Below, one piece after another: positions 55,061-64,000 of a stretch of 64,000 nt of DNA; position 1 is the first letter of the stretch; each line of letters starts with the position of its first letter. The stretch covers positions 393,557-457,556 of the forward strand of contig JADBKP010000001.1 in NCBI GenBank assembly GCA_014896315.1, in the 5' to 3' direction. The notes under the pieces are model-generated. The model did not search any database. It saw only the letters and a list, made by a program, of their open reading frames with translations, and was not told the origin of the DNA. The DNA is from Limnochordales bacterium (GTDB lineage Bacteria > Bacillota > Limnochordia > Limnochordales > DUMU01). The position numbers and the translations under genes are program-made.

Positions 55061-55100
55061 ACTTCTCCGCACAAAGAAGAAAAGAAGGAAGGGAGCACCT

Positions 55101-56234
55101 TTGCGCCTGGTCACTCGACGTTCCGATCTGGTGGCTGCCCTCCAGACAGTAGAAAGAGCCGTCTCGACGCGCCAAACGATGCCCATCCTCTCCGGGGTCC
55201 TGCTTGCTGCCGCAGAGGGGCAACTCCGGCTCTACGCAACCGACCTTGAACTCTCGATCGAATGTCGAATACCGGCACAAGTAGAAGAAGAAGGATCGGC
55301 AGTCCTGGATGCCCGCTATCTGCACCAAATCGCGCGTCGTTTTCCCGAAGACGAGGTCTATATCGAAAAAGCAGCGGCTAGCGGCGTGGTACAGGTGCGG
55401 TCCGGGCTTTCACGGCTCTCGCTTCACTATCAGGATCCAAGCGACTTCCCCCAGCTACCGCCGGTGGAGTCCGAATACGGTTTCACGATTAACCAGAAAA
55501 CGCTTTTCACCATGATAAGATCCACCCTCTTTGCTACCGCCAACGACCCTGGGCGGCCTTTCCTGACCGGGGTGCTGTTCGAAATCGACCCTGGTGAACT
55601 GCGCCTCGTAGCCACGGATGGTAATCGTCTGGCGTTAAACCGCCACGTCTGGGAAGAGAAAGAGAATCCTCCTACGGGATCATTCCGTGCTATCGTGCCT
55701 GAGCGGAGTCTGGGCGAGTTACTGCGGGCCAGTGTCATATCCGCAGCAGGAGAAGAGGACAATATACAGGTAACCGTACGGATGGATAGGCGGCAAGTTT
55801 CGTTCAGCTGGCCCTCCTACCAGCTTGTCACCCGGCTGATCGAAGGGCAATTCCCCAACTACCGGCCGGTAATCCCGGCTCACCAGAGAATTACGGTCGC
55901 CGTTCCCCGGGAAGCGTTGCTAGCCGCAGTTGAGAGGGCCGCCGTCCTCTCCCGCAGCGGTGCCGCGTTCACCAGTCTCATGCTGGAGAACGGGGTGCTA
56001 CGGCTGCGCAGCCGCGAAGCGGAAGTGGGACAGGTGGAAGAGGAAATACCGGTCACCTATGAGGAGAGCCCCTTCGAAACCGCCTATCAAGCCCGCTTTC
56101 TCACCGACGTCCTGCGGGTGCTCTCCTCTGAGGAAGTGCTGCTGGGCCTTGATGCATCCCTGAGTCCCGGAACCATCCGCCCGGCAGGACAGGATAACTA
56201 CGTGTATGTGATGATGCCGGTGAGAGTGGGCTGA
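55101..56234 (+). CDS. dnaN: DNA polymerase III subunit beta (sliding clamp)
   Basis: TTG start after GAAGGAAGGGAG. PILSGVLL, LRLYATDLELSI, RLIEGQFPNYRPVIP, YVYVMMPVRV. Confidence 0.95.
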   Translation: MRLVTRRSDLVAALQTVERAVSTRQTMPILSGVLLAAAEGQLRLYATDLELSIECRIPAQVEEEGSAVLDARYLHQIARRFPEDEVYIEKAAASGVVQVRSGLSRLSLHYQDPSDFPQLPPVESEYGFTINQKTLFTMIRSTLFATANDPGRPFLTGVLFEIDPGELRLVATDGNRLALNRHVWEEKENPPTGSFRAIVPERSLGELLRASVISAAGEEDNIQVTVRMDRRQVSFSWPSYQLVTRLIEGQFPNYRPVIPAHQRITVAVPREALLAAVERAAVLSRSGAAFTSLMLENGVLRLRSREAEVGQVEEEIPVTYEESPFETAYQARFLTDVLRVLSSEEVLLGLDASLSPGTIRPAGQDNYVYVMMPVRVG

Positions 56235-56263
56235 GGGCTGGTGGTGCGCGAGGGGCGGGGAGT

Positions 56264-56557
56264 ATGGGAGGCGAAATGAGGGAAAGCAGCGGTAAGAGTG
56301 AGGCCAAGCAGACATCGGTTGCGATCCGCGGCGGCTGGATCACCCTTGGGCAGTTTCTTAAACGTCTCGCCTACATACGAACGGGGGGCGCCGCCAAAGC
56401 CTGGTTGCAGGAGAATCAAGTGCTGGTGAATGGTGAACCGGAAACGCGACGGGGCAGGAAGCTTCGCCCCGGCGACACCGTGCAGATAGGCGAAGAGAGC
56501 TACGTCTGTGTCGACGCCGACGTTGCCACCGATGAAGAGACGCCACCGGGTGTGTAG
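56264..56557 (+). CDS. yaaA: S4-domain RNA-binding protein YaaA
   Basis: ITLGQFLKRLAYIRTGGAAKAWLQENQVLVNGEPETRRGRKLRPGDTVQI. It sits between dnaN and recF as in Bacillus. The start may be the Met at 56276 (GGGAGG SD). Confidence 0.8.
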   Translation: MGGEMRESSGKSEAKQTSVAIRGGWITLGQFLKRLAYIRTGGAAKAWLQENQVLVNGEPETRRGRKLRPGDTVQIGEESYVCVDADVATDEETPPGV

Positions 56558-56559
56558 CC

Positions 56560-57750
56560 GTGTGGGCGCGTGACCTCAAACTCCGCAACTTCCGAAACTA
56601 TGCCGCCCTGGAGCTCTCCCTTCCTCCTCAGGGTGCGGTCTTCCTGGGCGAGAACGGCCAGGGGAAGACCAACCTCCTCGAGGCCATCTACCTTGCGCTC
56701 AGCGGTAGACCGCTTCGGGCCGGGCGCGAAAAAGAGTTGATCCGGTGGGGGGAAGATACTTATCTCGTTCGTCTTGAGGTGGAGCGAGAAGAGGGAGAGT
56801 CGGGAGTCGAGGTCATAGGCCAGCTGGCCGGCAGCAAAGAGAGTGGCCGCCGCACGGTGACGGTCAACGGAACCAGAGTGCCGGCCCAGGAGCTACCCGC
56901 TTTCTTCTCGGTGGTCGTGTTTACACCCGACCACCTCGAGCTGGTCAAAGGTAGTCCGGGGGCGCGGCGGCTCTTTCTTGATCACCTGCTGGGGGGCGCG
57001 AGTGCTTACTACCGGCATCAGCTGCTGCGCTACCAGCGCTTGCTGGCCCAACGGAACCGCCTCCTGAAGAGTGCGGCAGGGATACCGCCTCCGGCCGGCA
57101 GCGAGTTGTCGCGCCTTGCCGAACCGTTCACCGAAGCATTCATTGACACGGCCGCCCGGCTTCTGGAAAAGCGGGTGGCGGCGCTTGGCAGGCTAGAGCA
57201 GGCCGCCCGGGCTGCCTACAGGAGCATCAAGCCGGGCGTACCCACGGCCGGCCCGGACGGGGGAGGAGACCTGGCCCTCAAGTATGAGCCGGCGGGGATG
57301 ACGATAGACGGATCGGAAGCTACCTATCCCGCCTCGCACCGGGAGTGGAGGGAGTGGCTCTGGCGCACCTGGAAAGAGGTGCAAACGCGGGAATGGCAGC
57401 TAGGCATGAGCTTGCTCGGGCCGCACCGCGATGATCTGATCATTTCTGCGGACGGTGTGGAGCTCCGGACGTACGGTTCACAGGGACAGCAGCGGAGTGC
57501 AGTTCTCGCGCTCAAACTTGCAGAGGTACTCTTTCTCCACGAGGAGACGGGTCGCTGGCCGGTACTGCTGCTCGACGACGTCCTATCGGAACTTGATCCG
57601 GGGCGGCGGGAAAGGTTTCTGGAGGCGCTGCCCGGGGAGGTACAGGTGATCATCACTTCGGCTGAACCGGAACTGATCCGCAGAGTAGCACTGCGGGACA
57701 GGCCTGTCTTCAGCGTCAGTCAAGGCCAGGTAGGGGTGTGGGCGACATGA
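56560..57750 (+). CDS. recF: DNA replication and repair protein RecF
   Basis: LKLRNFRNYAALEL..FLGENGQGKTNLLEAIYLA (Walker A), GSQGQQRS (signature motif), LLLDDVLSELD (Walker B). Confidence 0.95.
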   Translation: MWARDLKLRNFRNYAALELSLPPQGAVFLGENGQGKTNLLEAIYLALSGRPLRAGREKELIRWGEDTYLVRLEVEREEGESGVEVIGQLAGSKESGRRTVTVNGTRVPAQELPAFFSVVVFTPDHLELVKGSPGARRLFLDHLLGGASAYYRHQLLRYQRLLAQRNRLLKSAAGIPPPAGSELSRLAEPFTEAFIDTAARLLEKRVAALGRLEQAARAAYRSIKPGVPTAGPDGGGDLALKYEPAGMTIDGSEATYPASHREWREWLWRTWKEVQTREWQLGMSLLGPHRDDLIISADGVELRTYGSQGQQRSAVLALKLAEVLFLHEETGRWPVLLLDDVLSELDPGRRERFLEALPGEVQVIITSAEPELIRRVALRDRPVFSVSQGQVGVWAT

Positions 57751-58010
57751 CCGTTTATCTTCATGTGGGCGGCGATATTCTCATCCCACTGAGCCGCGTG
57801 GTAGCGATACTGGAGGCGGGCTGCCGGCAAAGCGCCCCCGCGACCGAGCTCTTCTTCCGGCAGGCGGAAAAGGAGGGCAGGCTTGAGGTTGTAGACCCGC
57901 ACAAGACGGGTGCTTACGTGATCACCGATGACAAGATCTACGCTTCGCCCATCAGCCCGACTACCCTCAAGGCACGCGCGGGTGTTCTCATCCTGGGTGA
58001 GGAAGATTGA
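57747..58010 (+). CDS. remB: DUF370 protein (RemB/YaaB-like)
   Basis: MTVYLHVGGDILIPLSRVVAIL..ASPISPTTLKAR. ATGA overlap with the recF stop. Position recF-yaaB-gyrB as in Bacillus. Confidence 0.8.
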   Translation: MTVYLHVGGDILIPLSRVVAILEAGCRQSAPATELFFRQAEKEGRLEVVDPHKTGAYVITDDKIYASPISPTTLKARAGVLILGEED

Positions 58011-58156
58011 CTGCGGACCGGCCGGTGAGTAAACTATTCATGTTAAGCCGCCCGTGGACGCCGTGTCCCAAGCCAGGTGTAACAGGCGGCACTTTTTGTG
58101 CCCTGCTGGAGGGATTGGGTACTATAACCGGTGAGGCCGAGTGGAGGGGTGAGTAG

Positions 58157-60100
<1,944 letters not shown>

Positions 60101-60182
60101 GGCATGCGGCGCCCCGATTCGCACGGGTGCGAGTGCGTCGGAAAGCAGCCGGCCGGAGTGATATCCGGGAAGGGAGCTTCGT

Positions 60183-62624
60183 ATGGCCGAAGGGATGGAA
60201 GAGCGGATTCTTAACGTCGCTGTCGAGCAGGAGATGCAGCGCTCGTATATCGACTATGCGATGAGCGTCATCGTTGACCGTGCTCTGCCGGATGTACGCG
60301 ACGGTCTGAAGCCGGTTCAACGTCGCATCCTGTATGTAATGTCGGAAATGGGGTTAGAACCCGGCCGGCCGCACCGGAAGTCGGCAGCCATCGTCGGCGA
60401 GGTCATGGGTAAGTATCACCCCCATGGCGATGCCGCGATCTATGACGCGATGGTACGGATGGCCCAGGAGTTTTCCTACAGGTACCCGCTGGTAGACGGG
60501 CATGGGAATTTCGGCAGTGTGGACGGCGACCCCCCGGCGGCCATGCGGTATACGGAAGCCCGGTTGTCTCCCCTGGCCATGCAGTTGCTGGCAGACATTG
60601 ATGAAGATACCGTCGATTTCGTTCCCAACTACGACAACACCCAGCAGCAACCGGTGGTCCTACCGTCGCGCTTTCCGAATCTCCTGGTCAACGGTTCATC
60701 GGGCATTGCTGTGGGTATGGCCACCAACATTCCCCCCCACAATCTTGGCGAGGTCATCGACGGGCTGGTGCTGCTGCTCGACCGACCGGACACCTCGGTC
60801 CAGGAGCTGATGCGGGTTATCAAGGGACCGGACTTCCCCACCGGGGGTCTGATCCTGGGACGGGATGGTATCAAAGAAGCCTATGAGACCGGCCGCGGGC
60901 GAATTCGGATGCGGGCGCGTGCTTTTATCGAGCCGATGGAGGGGGGCCGTTCCCGCATCGTCGTAAACGAGCTGCCCTACATGGTCAACAAGGCCGCCCT
61001 GATCGCGAAGATAGCCGAGCTCGTGCACGAACACCGGCTGGAAGGAATCTCCGACTTAAGGGACGAGTCGGACCGGCGCGGCCTGCGGATAGTCGTAGAG
61101 CTAAAGCGGGACGCCGACCCGCGGGTCGTGCTCAACAACCTGTTCAAGCACACGCAGCTCGAGGAGACGTTTGGGGTCATCATGCTGGCGCTGGTGGATA
61201 ACCAGCCCCGCGTCCTCAACCTCCGCGAGCTTTGCTTGCACTACCTCTCGTTCCAGCGGGAAGTGGTGACGCGCCGGACCCGCTATCGCCTGACCAAGGC
61301 TGAGGAACGGGCCCACATCCTGGAGGGGCTGCTTGTAGCACTCGATCACATCGACGAGATCGTCACCCTTATTCGCCAGAGCCATACAGACGACGAGGCT
61401 AAAGCGGAATTGATGAGCCGTTTTGCCCTGAGCGAGAAGCAGGCACAAGCCATCCTAGATATGATGCTGCGGCGTCTGACCGGACTTGAGCGAGAGAAGA
61501 TCCAGACGGAGTATAACGAGCTCCTGCGCAAGATCGATGAGTACCGGGCTATTCTGGGTGATCCTGCCAAGCGAGATGCGGTGATCCGCAGCGAGCTTCT
61601 CGCGATCCGGGAAAAGTTTGCCGACCAGCGCCGTACCGAGATCGTTGCTACTGCCGAGAGTGCCGCCGATTTCAACCCGGAGGACTTGATTCCCGACGAA
61701 GAGATCGTAGTGACGGTAACGAACCAGGGCTATATCAAACGACTGCCCATAAACGTCTACCGTCCCCAGCGGCGCGGCGGCCGGGGCATAGCGGCGATTT
61801 CGACACGGCAGGAAGATTTTGTTGAACAGCTTTTCGTCACCACCGCACACTCATACGTCCTCTTCTTTACCAATCTGGGCCGTGTCTATCGGGTGCGCGG
61901 TCATGAGATACCGGAGGCGAGCCGCCAGGCGCGGGGAACTGCCATTGTCAACCTGATCCCCCTCGAGCGAGATGAAGTGGTGCAGGCCGCCATCCCCGTG
62001 CGGCAGTATGACGACGAACACTATCTATTCATTGCCACCCGCAACGGTATGGTGAAGAAGACGGTCCTGAGCGAGTTTGACAGTCCGCGCACGGGCCTGA
62101 TCGGCATCACCCTTGGCGAGGGTGACGAGGTGGTCAACGCCTGCCTGACCGATGGAAACCAGGAAGTGATCCTGGTCACCCGCAGGGGACAGGCGATCCG
62201 TTTCCGGGAAGAGGAGACGCGCCCGATGGGAAGGATGGCCAGGGGAGTGCGGGGGATCGCCCTGGAGGAAGGCGATCTGGTAGTGGACATGGATGTAGTC
62301 CGTCCCGGTGGGCACCTGCTGGTCGTCAGCGAGTTGGGCTTTGGGAAGCGGACACCACTCTCGGAATACCGGCTGACCGGCAGGGGTGGAAAGGGCATCC
62401 GAACGCTAAACGTAGCGGAGAAAAACGGAGAGATAGTCGGTGCGCGGGTAGTGGGCGAGCAAGATGAGGTGATGATCATCAGCTCTTCGGGTGTCATGAT
62501 CCGTCTCGCCGTGGGTGACATACCCGTGCAGGGGCGGGCGACCATGGGCGTGCGCTTGATGAAGTTGGACGAAGGGCAGAAGGTTGTCACGCTGGCGCTT
62601 ATCGCGGCACGGGACGAGGATTAG
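60183..62624 (+). CDS. gyrA: DNA gyrase subunit A
   Basis: [44 protein letters not shown], the AAMRYTEAR active-site Tyr context, and C-terminal beta-pinwheel repeats. Confidence 0.97.
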   Translation: MAEGMEERILNVAVEQEMQRSYIDYAMSVIVDRALPDVRDGLKPVQRRILYVMSEMGLEPGRPHRKSAAIVGEVMGKYHPHGDAAIYDAMVRMAQEFSYRYPLVDGHGNFGSVDGDPPAAMRYTEARLSPLAMQLLADIDEDTVDFVPNYDNTQQQPVVLPSRFPNLLVNGSSGIAVGMATNIPPHNLGEVIDGLVLLLDRPDTSVQELMRVIKGPDFPTGGLILGRDGIKEAYETGRGRIRMRARAFIEPMEGGRSRIVVNELPYMVNKAALIAKIAELVHEHRLEGISDLRDESDRRGLRIVVELKRDADPRVVLNNLFKHTQLEETFGVIMLALVDNQPRVLNLRELCLHYLSFQREVVTRRTRYRLTKAEERAHILEGLLVALDHIDEIVTLIRQSHTDDEAKAELMSRFALSEKQAQAILDMMLRRLTGLEREKIQTEYNELLRKIDEYRAILGDPAKRDAVIRSELLAIREKFADQRRTEIVATAESAADFNPEDLIPDEEIVVTVTNQGYIKRLPINVYRPQRRGGRGIAAISTRQEDFVEQLFVTTAHSYVLFFTNLGRVYRVRGHEIPEASRQARGTAIVNLIPLERDEVVQAAIPVRQYDDEHYLFIATRNGMVKKTVLSEFDSPRTGLIGITLGEGDEVVNACLTDGNQEVILVTRRGQAIRFREEETRPMGRMARGVRGIALEEGDLVVDMDVVRPGGHLLVVSELGFGKRTPLSEYRLTGRGGKGIRTLNVAEKNGEIVGARVVGEQDEVMIISSSGVMIRLAVGDIPVQGRATMGVRLMKLDEGQKVVTLALIAARDED

Positions 62625-62714
62625 CACGGGTATCGGGTATAAGCCGCTGCCGTTTAGGACTGTCATTGATCCTAAAAGAGTAGTGGATCTGAGGCGGGAG
62701 GCGTTGAGACGAGT

Positions 62715-63224
62715 ATGGCGGGCAGGGCAAGCATCGTCGAGCTGGCGGAGAGGCTGGGCCGTGCCCTGGCAGAGTCCGAGGAGGCGCAAGCCCTCAAGGA
62801 GGCTCGCAAGCAGCTGGAGGAACATGCGGCGGCCAAGATCATGTGGGACGACCTGGTCCGTAGAGAGAGGGAGTTGCAGCGCCGCCTGGCAGCGGGCGAA
62901 GCTGTCAGCGAGGAAGAGAAGCAGCAGGTTGCCGAACTCTTCCGGCTGGCAAGCTATAACCCGTACATCCAGCGTCTGCTGGAGGCCGAGTACCGCTTTA
63001 CCCAGCTGATGCTGGAAGTACAGCAGGTCATGGGGAAGGCCGCAGGACTCCCGTTTGCCCTTGAGGAAGAAGGGGCGGCGGCGACTCAAGTCGACGCAGG
63101 ACAACCCGGATCGACGACGAATGCGACGGAGGCGGGAGATACCGGGAGAGAGAGTACAGCGAGCAGCAATCCCGATCTCACCGTAGCTCGCCGGCGCATC
63201 TGGGTGCCTGGCGATCCGCTGTGA
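62715..63224 (+). CDS. YlbF/YmcA-family protein (Ric-complex-type regulator) with a disordered tail
   Basis: IVELAERLGRALAESEEAQALKEARKQLEEHAAAKIMWDDL..YNPYIQRLLEAEYRFTQLMLEVQQVM fits the YlbF/YmcA helical pattern. Confidence 0.65.
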   Translation: MAGRASIVELAERLGRALAESEEAQALKEARKQLEEHAAAKIMWDDLVRRERELQRRLAAGEAVSEEEKQQVAELFRLASYNPYIQRLLEAEYRFTQLMLEVQQVMGKAAGLPFALEEEGAAATQVDAGQPGSTTNATEAGDTGRESTASSNPDLTVARRRIWVPGDPL

Positions 63225-63263
63225 TGAAGCCCATGAAGTCGGAGGCGAAAGGGAGCTGCGTAA

Positions 63264-64000
63264 ATGACCACGGAGAAGGAAAGCACCCCTGTCGTGACGG
63301 TAGAAGAGCTGGGTAAGCACGTCGACCGCGTAGTTGAGTTGCGCGGCTGGCTATACAACAAGCGGTCGAGCGGGAAGATTCGTTTTCTCGAAGTGCGTGA
63401 CGGTACCGGTATCGCCCAGGCGGTCATGGTCAAGAATGAACTGCCCGCCGAGGTCTTCGACCGCTACGATCTGTTGACGCAAGAGAGCTCGCTGATCGTG
63501 CGCGGGCGGGTGCGGGCCGACTCCCGGGCACCCGGCGGCTTTGAGCTGGCGCTGACAGATATTGAGATCGTTCAGATTGCGCACGATTACCCGATAACGC
63601 CCAAGGAGCACGGGATCGAGTTCTTGATGGACCACCGTCATCTTTGGCTGCGCTCCCGCCGCCAGCATGCGATCCTGCGGATCAGAAGCGAAGTGGTCAA
63701 AGCCGCCCGGGACTGGCTCGACGACCACGGCTTCATCCTGATAGATGCCCCCATTCTTACGCCCAACGCCGTCGAGGGCACGACCACCCTCTTTGAAACC
63801 GACTATTTCGGTGAGAAAGCCTATCTGACGCAAAGCGGCCAGCTCTACATGGAGGCGGCCGCGATGGCGCACGGGAAAGTCTACTGTTTCGGCCCGACCT
63901 TCCGGGCGGAAAAGTCCAAGACCCGCCGACACCTTACAGAATTCTGGATGCTCGAGCCGGAAATGGCTTACGCAGACCTGGAAGAGAATATGCGGGTCCA
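63264..64000 (+). CDS. asnS: Asparagine--tRNA ligase, N-terminal ~245 aa; continues beyond the window
   Basis: Absent from the track because it is open at the window edge. My translation from the ATG at 63264 (AAGGGAG SD) reads ..[60 protein letters not shown], with class IIb AsnRS-type motif 2. Confidence 0.85.
   Translation, partial: MTTEKESTPVVTVEELGKHVDRVVELRGWLYNKRSSGKIRFLEVRDGTGIAQAVMVKNELPAEVFDRYDLLTQESSLIVRGRVRADSRAPGGFELALTDIEIVQIAHDYPITPKEHGIEFLMDHRHLWLRSRRQHAILRIRSEVVKAARDWLDDHGFILIDAPILTPNAVEGTTTLFETDYFGEKAYLTQSGQLYMEAAAMAHGKVYCFGPTFRAEKSKTRRHLTEFWMLEPEMAYADLEENMRV

Overview
This window is the replication-origin region of a visibly GC-rich chromosome. The organism looks like an unusual Bacillota-type bacterium, because the Firmicute origin-proximal genes abrB, yaaT/ricT, darA, tmk, holB, noc, yyaC, yaaA, remB and ylbF are all present. 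The core is rpmH/rnpA-yidD-yidC-jag on the minus strand, a DnaA-box cluster, then dnaA-dnaN-yaaA-recF-remB-gyrB-gyrA on the plus strand. Almost every gene left of about 52.7 kb is on the minus strand and every gene right of it is on the plus strand, which fits oriC at about 52.7-55.1 kb.

Left of the origin lie rsmG, noc, soj and spo0J, with a perfect 26-bp palindromic parS. Next come a MinD/ParA-type ATPase with a non-ATPase N-terminal domain, ykuS and yyaC. Further left are an S1-like protease, the glycine cleavage operon (gcvT-H-PA-PB) with a lipoate ligase, pheA, a DUF951 gene, ychF and an HD protein. An orphan histidine kinase and an ACT/UPF0210 gene pair follow.

An accessory mannoside-type locus comes next: a GH76 enzyme, an Lrp/AsnC regulator fused to a GH42-like module, a GH38 alpha-mannosidase, a secreted tandem-domain protein and a solute-binding protein. 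This locus contains a stretch of decayed duplicated gene fragments. Beyond it are the housekeeping block (a PLP decarboxylase, tmk, darA, holB, yaaT, rsmI, abrB, tatD), a sugar nucleotidyltransferase, mobile-element remnants and purA. The left end holds a second solute-binding protein with an FAD oxidoreductase, a five-tRNA cluster, a small sugar-acid/inositol-type cluster and the 5' part of folD.

The most notable observations are these:
- rpmH is fully nested out of frame inside rnpA.
- An exact Noc-binding-site palindrome lies inside noc, and parS lies in the leader of the MinD-like gene.
- An Lrp/AsnC regulator is fused to a glycosidase-like module.
- A hexanucleotide repeat expands a loop of DarA.
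- A strongly C-rich tract with G-quadruplex potential lies in the dnaA-dnaN half of oriC.

No rRNA genes, CRISPR arrays or intact mobile elements were seen. Many long ORFs in the supplied track are antisense artefacts of high GC content. All homology statements come from reading the translations by eye, not from database searches.
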